64,000 nt of DNA from Malacoraja senta. Taxonomy: Eukaryota. The stretch's first letter is position 1. Every line of letters begins with the position of its first letter. Shown piece by piece: positions 41,445-53,000 of this stretch. The notes below the pieces were generated by a model, which ran no database searches, was not told where the DNA came from, and saw only the letters and a list, made by a program, of their open reading frames with translations. A program made the position numbers and the translations under genes. The stretch is from the NCBI GenBank assembly GCA_038087875.1, contig CM075994.1, positions 8,372,001 through 8,436,000 on the forward strand, read 5' to 3'.

Positions 41445-42300
41445 GGGGGATGTCAGTGGTGTTGAATGGGGGGATCAGTATGGGATGGATGAGGGGGGCA
41501 TCAGTACAGGATGAATGGTGGGATCAGTACAGGATGAAATGGGGGTAGACAAAAATGCTGGAGAAATTCAGCGGGTGAGGCAGCATCTATGGAGCGAAGG
41601 AAATAGGCAACGTTTCGAGTCGAGACCCTTCCTCAGACTGTTCCCCCCATTCTTCCTGAATGGGGGGATCAGTACAGGATGGATGTGGGGGGGATCAGCA
41701 AAGGATGAATGGGGGGATCAGTACAGGATGAATGGGTGGGGGTCAGGACAGTGTGGTTCGGAGGGTCTGTGCAGGATGAATGGAGATCATTACAGGATGA
41801 ATGAGGGGATCAGTATAGGATGAATGGGGGATCAGTACGGGATGCATAAGGGGGTCAGTACAGGATGCATGAACAGATCAGTACAGGATGCATGAGGGGA
41901 TCAGTACAGGATGAATGGGGGATCAGTACAGGGTAAATGAGGGGATCAGTACAGGATGAATAGGGGATCAGTAAAAGATGAATGGGGAGATCACTACAGG
42001 ATGGATGGTGGGATTGGTGCAGGGTAAATGGAGGGTGGGTCAGTACGGGATGAATGGGAGGATCAGTGCAGTATGAATGGGGGGAGAAGTGCAGGATGGA
42101 TTGGACGGGGGGTCAGTACAGGATGAATTAGGGGACCAGAGTAGGATGGATTGGGGGGCGGGGGGTGGCAGGAGAATCAATGCGAGGTGGGTAGGGTGAT
42201 GAATAGATTGGGGGGGGTAGATGAGGAGGGGAGCACAGGGGATGTCAGTGAGGACTGAATAGAGGAGGGAATGGGGATCAGTGCAGGATGGAGAGGAGGG
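41445..42300. repeat. Degenerate ~21-22 bp G-rich minisatellite (GGGGATCAGTACAGGATGAATG)
   Basis: Directly visible; interrupted by a Penelope-tail piece at about 41545..41645. Confidence 0.8.
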
Positions 42301-43450
42301 GTCCCAGGATAAGAGGGGTGGAGGGGGGCGTACAAGAGAGAGAGAGAGAGAGGGGGGAAGGGGCAGAGGAGGTGGGGAGGAAGGAAGGTCAGCGCTCCTC
42401 GGACAACATCGCCCGCTGCCTTGGCCGTCCCTGTTCAACGCCAAAGTGCTGCCGCCAAAGGGGGTGGCGGTTGGGATCTTATCGCCACCGCCTCCCCTCC
42501 TACGCCAGCCAATAGCAAGGTGCGGGGCCGAGCGGTGCAGCTCAAAGATCCTATAGCTATAGGATCTACTAGACTAAGTGGGACCCGTTGGGTCCCAGCA
42601 TCACACGGGAGGGCTGGTCACCCAACGCAATATTCCACCTCTCCACCAATTCCAATATTGCTCGCCAGGGGGGGGGGCTTTCTGTTGCACTAGTATGGGT
42701 GTTGTGGGCCGAAGGGTCTGGTTTCCAGGGGGCTAGTATAGACATTGTGGGCCGAATGGATTCTTGGGCTGGCAGATCAGTCACTGAGGGCTGGCAGTAC
42801 AGTCACTCGGACCTGCCAGGCTGGCAGCTGAGAAACTGCCAGAAATTCTGCCCAAAATAGGTGACAGACTGTGTGAGAGAGAAGGGTGAGAGGGTGGACT
42901 GAATGGGTTATTGGGCTGGCTGTACAGTCACTTACGGCTCGTGGGCTGGCAGTGCAGTCACTCACGCCTGGTACGCTGGCAGTTCATTCAGTCACCCCTC
43001 CTCCCTTCATCCCCCCACTCTGCTCCTTGCCATTCCCCTCCCCCCCACACATTCAGTCCATCTCCCCACAACCTCCCCCCATTCACTCTTAACGGCTCTC
43101 CCACAGAGAAGCCATTCCTGCCTATTAGGTTCCCGTTGTGATAAAGCAGGGATGAAAAGTGGAAAAAGGATTTATTAAAGTTTAAATTGTGAATTACTCT
43201 TAAAATATAAGAACAATTTAAATGTTAAAGATGAGAATTATTAAGTTCTTCCTTGTTGTGTCTCTTGTTGTGTTCTGCTGCTCACTGCCTCTTGATAGCT
43301 ATTTACTGTTGATAAAAAAAGAGACAATTTTAATATAGAGAGATTGAGCGGTTGTAATTTGTTGTAATTCTCAATCCTCTGGACTCACTGAAGAATTTGT
43401 GCAAAACATTTTTTGGAGGCGGGGGCTGTCGGGGTGGGGTGGGCGGTGGC

Positions 43451-43588
43451 TTCTTCTTCTTTTGTGTGGCGTGCACAGCCTAAAGTTGTAGGACAACTTG
43501 TTCTATTTGATCTTCTGTTTGTGCACGTCGAGTTGATTGCATTAGTCGAAACAGGGCGGACCACGTGAAGGTTGCAATCTTCCACCCC
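43451..43588 (-). mobile_element. 138-bp non-autonomous retroposon with (GAA)n tail and 5' HDV-like ribozyme (copy 1)
   Basis: 3' tail ...CACACAAAAGAAGAAGAA; 9-bp flanking repeat GGCGGTGGC / GGGGGTGGC; 5' end coincides with ribozyme G1. Confidence 0.75.
43535..43588 (-). ncRNA. Minimal HDV-like self-cleaving ribozyme (predicted)
   Basis: GGGGUGG AA GAUUGCA ACC UUCACGU GGU CCGCCCU G UUUCGA CUAA UGCAAUC: 7-bp P1 with G1.U, perfect 7-bp P2, 3-bp P3, L3 UUCACGU, J4/2 CUAA. Confidence 0.8.
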
Positions 43589-45787
43589 GGGGGTGGCAAA
43601 CGTCCTGCAGCCGAGGGAGGGGGGCGGCTTCAGGCGGGGGCTCTCGTGGGCTGATGAGGGAGGGGGACCTGCAGCGGGGGATGGGGGCGGCTTCAGGAGG
43701 GATGGCATCCCATAGCCAGGCGGAAGGCAGCGTCTTGTGGTGGGGATGTCAGTGGGGGGGGGGGGAGTGAGTTACCCACTCATGGCCTCTGGACTCACTG
43801 CCTTGGGACTAACTCATGGTCTCTGGACTGACTGACTGACTCACGGCCTCTGGACTGATAGAATGACTCACAGCTTGTGGACTGACTGACTAATACCCGA
43901 CTTCTGGAGTCACGTCTGACGTTTGTAAACTGAAAGCAGTAACATCCACATGGAGGAACAGCCTCTTCCCGACAGCCATTAGGCTATTAAACATAACGAA
44001 CTACGAAATAATATATTATTTGTACTATTTGTTATTTGTTGATCCCACACACACCCTCCATCTCACACAGACACTCAGACTCTCACACACACATACACAG
44101 ACACAGACTCTCAGACACACACGCAGACTCTCAGATACACACACAGACTCACACACACACACAGACACTCTCACACACATACATATACACACACATACAT
44201 ACACAGACACTCTCACACACACATATATACACACAGACACACACACTCACACACAGGCTCACACACAGACTCACACACAGACTCACAACCAATACTAAAA
44301 TACCAAGTAACTTCAGAACGTGGTGAACATACAGTGTGTAAACCGAATGATTCAAACGTTTAAAGCCTCCTGTAGAGGCGGCTGCTGCTGAAGCAAAAAC
44401 GTGCTTTAAATACCGTCCAACAAATACACTCACCATAGACAGAGCAGTAAGCTCTCTTTAATTATTCAACGACGTCTTCACTATGCCTTCTGCAGTCAGC
44501 GCCATCTTGCCACGAACCGGAAATTACGCAGTCAGTGCCATCTTGAAGCTAACTAGAAATGACATCATCAGCGCCATCTTGCCATTAAGCAGGTCACGGA
44601 ATGAGCGCCAATTTTGCAAATAAACAGTCCTGATCTAATACAATGTTTATTCACGCTTTATCCATCCGAAAACTGTTGCAACGGTTTAAAAAACGAAGCC
44701 AAGGCAAACAATTTGATAGCAGCCAATTGACAACCAAAATTCATTTTGTGAACACAACCCTTTTAAAAGGCGAGGCAAGCCATTTGGCAGCAGCCACTTG
44801 ACAACCAAAATTCATTTTGTGAACACAAACTTTTTAAAAGGCGAGGCAAACAATTTGGCAGCAGCCACTTGACAACCAAAATTCATTTTGTGAACACAAA
44901 CTAAGGCGAGGCAAACAATTTGGCAGCAGCCACTTGACAATCGGGACGGCTGGTCACCCAACGCAATATTCCACCTCTCCACCAATTCCAATATTGCTCG
45001 CCAGGGGGGGGCTTTCTGTTGCACTAGTATGGGTGTTGTGGGCCGAAGGGTCTGGTTTCCAGGGGGGGCTAGTATAGACATTGTGGGCCGAATGGATTCT
45101 TGGGCTGGCAGATCAGTCACTGAGGGCTGGCAGTACAGTCACTCGGACCTGCCAGGCTGGCAGCTGAGAAACTGCCAGAAATTCTGCCCAAAACAGGTGA
45201 CAGACTGTGTGAGCGAGAAGGGGGAGAGGGTGGACTGAATGGGTTATTGGTCTGGCAGTTCAGTCACTTACGGCTCGTGGGCTGGCAGTGCAGTCACTCA
45301 CGCCTGGTACGCTGGCAGTTCATTCAGTCACCCCTCCTCCCTTCATCCCCCCACTCTGCTCCTTGCCATTCCCCTCCCCCCCACACATTCAGTCCATCTC
45401 CCCACAACCTCCCCCCATTCACTCTTAACGGCTCTCCCACAGAGAAGCCATTCCTGCCTATTAGGTTCCCGTTGTGATAAAGCAGGGATGAAAAGTGGAA
45501 AAAGGATTTATTAAAGTTTAAATTGTGAATTACTCTTAAAATATAAGAACAATTTAAATGTTAAAGATGAGAATTATTAAGTTCTTCCTTGATTGTGTCT
45601 CTTGTTGTGTTCTGCTGCTCACTGCCTCTTGATAGCTATTTACTGTTGATAAAAAAAGAGACAATTTTAATATAGAGAGATTGAGCGGTTGTAATTTGTT
45701 GTAATTCTCAATCCTCTGGACTCACTGAAGAATTTGTGCAAAACATTTTTTGGAGGCGGGGGCTGTCGGGGTGGAGTGGGCGGTGGC

Positions 45788-45925
45788 TTCTTCTTCTTTT
45801 GTGTGGCGTGCACAGCCTAAAGTTGTGGGACAACTTGTTCTATTTGATCTTCTGTTTGTGCACGTCGAGTTGATTACATTATTCGAAACAGGGCGGACCA
45901 CGTGAAGGTTGCAATCTTCCACCCC
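45788..45925 (-). mobile_element. Copy 2 of the ribozyme-headed retroposon; predicted catalytic C replaced by A
   Basis: Offset 2337 from copy 1; J4/2 reads AUAA (position 45882) and P2 3' strand reads UGUAAUC. Confidence 0.75.
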
Positions 45926-47029
45926 GGGGGTGCCAAACGTCCTGCAGCCGAGGGAGGGGGACGGCTTCAGGCGGGGGCTCTCGTGGGCTGATGAGGGAGG
46001 GGGACCTGCAGCGGGGGATGGGGGCGGCTTCAGGAGGGATGGCATCCCATAGCCAGGCGGAAGGCAGCGTCTTGTGGTGGGGATGCCAGTGGGGGGGGAG
46101 AGTGAGTTACCCACTCATGGCCTCTGGACTCACTGCCTTGGGACTAACTCATGGTCTCTGGACTGACTGACTGACTCACGGCCTCTGGACTGATAGAATG
46201 ACTCACGGCTTGTGGACTGACTGACTAATACCCGACTTCTGGAGTCACGTCTGACTTTTGTAAACTGAAAGCAGTAACATCCACATGGAGGAACAGCCTC
46301 TTCCCGACAGCCATCAGGCTATTAAACATAACGTACTACGAAATAATATATTATTTGTACTATTTGTTATTTGTTGATCCCACACACACCCTCCATCTCA
46401 CACAGACACTCAGACTCTCACACACACATACACAGACACAGACTCTCAGACACACACGCAGACTCTCAGATACACACACAGACTCACACACACACACACA
46501 CACAGACACTCTCACACACATACATATACACACACATACATACACAGACACTCTCACACACAGATATATACACACAGACACACACACTCACACACAGGCT
46601 CACACACAGACTCACACACACTCACAACCAATACTAAAATACCAAGTAAATTCAGAACGTGGTGAACATACAGTGTGTAAACCGAATGATTCAAACGTTT
46701 AAAGCCTCCTGTAGAGGCGGCTGCTGCTGAAGCAAAAACGTGCTTTAAATACCGTCCAACAAACACACTCACCATAGACAGAGCAGTAAGCTCTCTTTAA
46801 TTATTCAACGACGTCTTCACTATGCCTTCTGCAGTCAGCGCCATCTTGCCACGAACCGGAAATTACGCAGTCAGTGCCATCTTGAAGCTAACTAGAAATG
46901 ACATCATCAGCGCCATCTTGCCATTAAACAGGTCACGGAATGAGCGCCAATTTTGCAAATAAACAGTCCTGATCTAATAAAATGTTTATTCACGCTTTAT
47001 CCATCCGAAAACTGTTGCAACGGTTTAAA

Positions 47030-50000
47030 AAACCAAGCCAAGGCAAACAATTTGATAGCAGCCACTTGACAACAAAAATTCATTTTGTGAACACAACCCT
47101 TTTAAAAGGCGAGGCAAGCCATTCGGCAGCAGCCACTTGACAACCAAAATTCATTTTGTGAACACAAACTTTTTAAAAGGCGAGGCAAACAATTTGGCAG
47201 CAGCCACTTGACAACCAAAATTCATTTTGAGAAAACAAACTTTTTAAAACGCGAGGCAAACAATTTGGCAGCAGCCACTTGATAACCAAAATTCATTTTG
47301 TGAACACAAACTTTTTAAAATGCGAGGCAAACAATTTGGCAGCGGCCACTTGACAACCAAAATTCATTTTGTGAACACAAACTTTTTAAAAGGCGAGGCA
47401 AACAATTTGGCAGCAGCCACTTGACAACCAAAATTCATTTTGTGAACACAAACGTTTTTAAAGGCGAGGCAAACAATTTGGCAGCAGCCACTTGACAACC
47501 AAAATTAATTTTGTGAACACAAACTTTTTAAAAGGCGAGGCAAACAATTTGACAGCAGCCACTTGACAAACAAAATTCATTTTGTGAACACAAACTAAGG
47601 CGAGGCAAACAATTTGGCAGCAGCCACTTGACAACCAAAATTCATTTTGTGAACACAAACTTTTTAAACGGCGACGCAACCAATTTGACAGCAGCCACTT
47701 GACAACCAAAATTCATTTTGTGAACACAAACTAAGGCGAGGCAAACAATTTGGCAGCAGCCACTTGACAACCACAATTCATTTTGTGAACACAAACTTTT
47801 AAAAGGGCGAGGCAAACAATTTGGCAGCAGCCACTTGACAACCAAAATTCATTTTGTGAACACAAATTAAGGCGAGGCAAATAATTTTGCATTAGCCACT
47901 TGACAACCAAAATTCATTTTGTGAACACAAACGTTTTAAAAGGCGAGGCAAACAATTTGGCAGCAGCCACTTGACAACCAAAATTCATTTTGTGAACACA
48001 AACTAAGGCGAGGCAAACAATTTGGCAGCAGCCACTTGAAAATCAAAATTCATTTTGTGAACACAAACTTTTTAAAAGGCGAGGCAAACAATTTGACAGC
48101 AGCCACTTGACAACCAAAATACATTTGTGAACACAAACTTTTTAAAAGGCGAGGCAAGGAATTTGGCAGCAGCCACATGACAACCAAAATGCATTTTGTG
48201 AACACAAACTTTTTAAAAGGCGACGCAAACAATTTGGCAGCAGCCACATGACAACCAAAATTCATTTTGTGAACACAAACTAAGGCGAGGCAAATAATTT
48301 TGCATTAGCCACTTGACAACCAAAATTCATTTTGTGAACACAAATGTTTTAAAAGGCGAGACAAACAATTTGGAAGCAGCCACTTGACAACCAAAATTCA
48401 TTTTGTGAACACAAACTAAGGCGAGGCAAACAATTTGGCAGCAGCCACTTGACAATCAAAATTCATTTTGTGAACACAAACTTTTTAAAAGGCGAGGCAA
48501 ACAATTTGACAGTAGCCACTTGACAACCAAAATACATTTTGTGAACACAAACTTTTTAGAAGGCGAGGCAAGCAATTTGGCAGCAGCCACATGACAACCA
48601 AAATGCATTTTGTGAACACAAACTAAGGCGAGGCAAATAATTTTGCATTAGCCACTTGACAACCAAAATTCATTTTGTGAACACAAACTTTTTAAAAGAC
48701 GAGGCAAACAATTTGGCAGCAGCCACTTGACAACCATAATTCATTTTGAGAACACAAACTTTTTAAAAGGCGAGGCAAACAATTTGGCAGCAGCCACTTG
48801 ATAACCAAAATTCATTTTGTGAACACAAACTTTTTAAAAGGCGAGGCAAACAATTTGGCAGCAGCCACTTGACAACCAAAATTCATTTTGTGAACACAAA
48901 CTTTTTAAAAGGCGAGGCAAACAATTTGGCAGCAGCCACTTGACAACCAAAATTCATTTTGTGAACACAAACTAAGGCGAGGCAAATAATTTTGCATTAG
49001 CCACTTGACAACCAAAATTCATTTTGTGAACACAAACGTTTCAAAAGGCGAGACAAACAATTTGGCAGCAGCCACTTGACAACCAAAATTCATTTTGTGA
49101 ACACCAACTAAGGCGAGGCAAACAATTTGGCAGCAGCCACTTGACAATCAAAATTCATTTTGTGAACACAAACTTTTTAAAAGGCGAGGCAAACAATTTG
49201 ACAGCAGCCACTTGCCAACCAAAATACATTTTGTGAACACAAACTTTTTAAAAGGCGAGGCAAGCAATTTGGCAGCAGCCAGATGACAACCAAAATGCAT
49301 TTTGTGAACACAAACTTTTTAAAAGGCGAGGCAAACAATTTGGCAGCAGCCACTTGACAACCAAAATTCATTTTGTGAACACAAACTAAGGCGAGGCAAA
49401 TAATTTTGCATTAGCCACTTGACAACCAAAATTCATTTTGTGAAAACAAACGTTTTAAAAGGCGAGACAAACAATTTGGAAGGAGCCACTTGGCAACCAA
49501 AATTCATTTTGAGAACACAAACTTTTTAAAAGGCGAGGCAAACAATTTGGCAGCAGCCACTTGATAACCAAAATTCATTTTGTGAACACAAACTTTTTAA
49601 AAGTCGAGGCAAGCAATTTGGCCGCAGCCACTTGACAACCAAAATACATTTTGTGAACACAAACTTTTTAAAAGGCGAGGCAAGCAATTTGGCAGCAGCC
49701 ACATGACAACCAAAATGGATTTTGTGAACACAAACTAAGGCGAGGCAAACAATTTGGCAGCAGCCACTTGACAATCAAAATTCATTTTGTGAACACAAAC
49801 TTTTTAAAAGGCGAGGCAAACAATTTTGCAGCAGCCACTTGACAACCAATCCATTTTGTGAACACAAACATTTTAAAAGGCGAGGCAAACAATTTGGCAG
49901 CAGCTACTCGACAACCAAACCATTTTGTGAACACAAACTTTTTAAAAGGCGAGGCAAACAATTTGGCAGCAGCCACTTGACAACCAAAATTCATTTTGTG

Positions 50001-53000
50001 AACACAAACTAAGGCGAGGCAAATAATTTTGCAGCAGCCTCTTGACAACCAAAATTCATTTTGTGAACACAAACTTTTTAAAAGGCGAGGCAAACAATTT
50101 GGCAGCAGCCACTTGACAACCAAAATTCATTTTGTGAACACAAACTTTTTAAAAGGCGAGGCAAACAATTTGGCAGCAGCCATTTGACAACCAATCCATT
50201 TTGTGAACACAAACTTTTTAAAAGGCGAGGCAAACAATTTGGCAGCAGCCACTTGACAACCAATCCATTTTGTGAACACAAACTTTTGAAAAGGCGTGGC
50301 AAACAATTTGGCAGCAGCCACTTGACTACCAAAATTCATTTTGTGAACACAAACTAAGACGAGGCAAATAATTTTGCAGCAGCCACTTGACAACCAAAAT
50401 TCATTTTGTGAACACAAACTTTTTAAAAGGCGAGGCAAACAATTTGGCAGCAGCCACTTGACAACCACAGTTCATTTTGTGAACACAAACTTTTAAAAAG
50501 GTGAGGCAAACAATTTGGCAGCAGCCACTTGACAACCAAAATTCATTTTGTGAACACAAACTTTTAAAAGGCGAGGCAAAGTATTTGGCAGGAGCCACTT
50601 GACAACCAGAATTCATTTTGAGAACACAAACTTTTTAAAAGGCGAGGCAAACAATTTGGCAGCAGCCACTTGACAACCAAAATTCATTTTGTGAACACAA
50701 ACTTTTTAAAAGGCGAGGCAAACAATTTGGCAGCAGCCACTTGACCACCAAAATTCATTTTGTGAAATCAAACTTTTTAAAAGGCGAGGCAAACAATTTG
50801 GCAGCAGCCCCCTAGTCCTCACCTTTCACCCCACCAGCCGTCACATACAACAAGTGATCCTCCGTCAGTTTCGCCACCTCCAACGTGACCCCACCACTCG
50901 CCACATCTTCCCATCTCCCCCTATGTCTGCCTTCCGCAAAGACCGCTCCCTCCGTAACTCCCTTGTCAATTCTTCCCTTCCCTCCCATACCACCCCCTCC
51001 CCTGGTACTTTCCCTTGCAACCGCAAGAGATGCAACACTTGTCCCTTCACTTCCCCCCTCCACTCCATTCCAGGACCCAAGCAGTCGTTCCAGGTGCGAC
51101 AGAGGTTCACCTGCATCTCCTCCAACCTCATCTATTGCATTCGCTGCTCTAGATGCCAGCTGATCTACATCGGTGAGACCAAGCGGAGGCTTGGCGATCG
51201 TTTCGCCGAACACCTCCGGTCGGTCCGCAATAACCAACCTGAACTCCCGGTGGCTCAGCACTTCAACTCCCCCTCCCATTCCGTATCTGACCTCTCTGTC
51301 CTGGGTCTCCTCCATGGCCACAGCGAGCAACACCGTAAATTGGAGGAAATGCACCTCATATTCCGCTTGGGCAGTCTACACCCTGGTGGCCTGAACGTTG
51401 AATTCTCCCAATTCTGCTAGCCCTGGCTGTCCCCTCCCCTTCATCAGCCATCTGGTTGTCTCCTCCCCTCCCCCAACCCTCGGGCTCCTCCTCCTCCTTT
51501 TCCTTTTTTCCTTTCTTCTCCCCACCCCCTATCAGTCTGAAGAAGGGTTTCGGCCCGAAACGTTACCTATTTCCTTCGCTCCATAGATGCTGCTGCACCC
51601 GCTGAGTTTCTCCAGCATTTTTGTGTACCTTCGATTTTCCAGCATCTGCAGTTCCTTCTTTAACAATTTGACAGCAGCCACTTGACAACCAAAATTCATT
51701 TTGTGAACACAAACTAAGGCGAAGCAAACGATTTGGCAGCAGCCACTTGACAATCAAAATTCATTTTGTGAACACAAACTTTTTAAAAGGCGAGGCAAAC
51801 AATTTGGCAGCAGCCACTTGACAACCAAAATTCATTTTGTGAACACAAACTAAGGCGAGGCAAACAATTTGGCAGCAGCCACTTGAAAATGAAAATTCAT
51901 TTTGTGAACACAAACTTTTTAAAAGGCGAGGCAAACAATTTGACAGCAGCCACTTGACAACCAAAATACATTTGTGAACACAAACTTTTTAAAAGGCGAG
52001 GCAAGGAATTTGGCAGCAGCCACATGACAACCAAAATGCATTTTGTGAACACAAACTTTTTAAAAGGTGACGCAAACAATTTGGCAGCAGCCACATGACA
52101 ACCAAAATTCATTTTGTGAACACAAACTAAGGCGAGGCAAATAATTCTGCATTAGCCACTTGACAACCAAAATTCATTTTGTGAACACAAACGTTTTAAA
52201 AGGCGAGACAAACAATTTGGAAGCAGCCACTTGACAACCAAAATTCATTTTGTGAACACAAACTAAGGCGAGGCAAACAATTTGGCAGCAGCCACTTGAC
52301 AATCAAAATTCATTTTGTGAACACAAACTTTTTAAAAGGCCAGGCAAACAATTTGACAGTAGCCACTTGACAACCAAAATACATTTTGTGAACACAAACT
52401 TTTTAGAAGGCGAGGCAAGCAATTTGGCAGCAGCCACATGACAACCAAAATGCATTTTGTGAACACAAACTAAGGCGAGGCAAATAATTTTGCATTAGCC
52501 ACTTGACAACCAAAATTCATTTTGTGAACACAAACTTTTTAAAAGACGAGGCAAACAATTTGGCAGCAGCCACTTGACAACCATAATTCATTTTGAGAAC
52601 ACAAACTTTTTAAAAGGCGAGGCAAACAATTTGGCAGCAGCCACTTGATAACCAAAATTCATTTTGTGAACACAAACTTTTTAAAAGGCGAGGCAAACAA
52701 TTTGGCAGCAGCCACTTGACAACCAAAATTCATTTTGTGAACACAAACTTTTTAAAAGGCGAGGCAAACAATTTGGCAGCAGCCACTTGACAACCAAAAT
52801 TCATTTTGTGAACACAAACTAAGGCGAGGCAAATAATTTTGCATTAGCCACTTGACAACCAAAATTCATTTTGTGAACACAAACGTTTCAAAAGGCGAGA
52901 CAAACAATTTGGCAGCAGCCACTTGACAACCAAATTTCATTTTGTGAACACCAACTAAGGCGAGGCAAACAATTTGGCAGCAGCCACTTGACAATCAAAA

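Larger units (their letters stand above)
42605..47280. repeat. Tandem duplication with a ~2.34 kb unit; junction at about 44940
   Basis: Near-identical ORF pairs offset by 2335-2337 nt (42903/45239, 43385/45722, 44020/46355). Confidence 0.95.

Noticed and set aside
50854..51420. Stand-alone host GIY-YIG nuclease gene
   Set aside because: 5'-truncated Penelope ORF with a non-ATG start, typical tail, and decayed paralogues in the window
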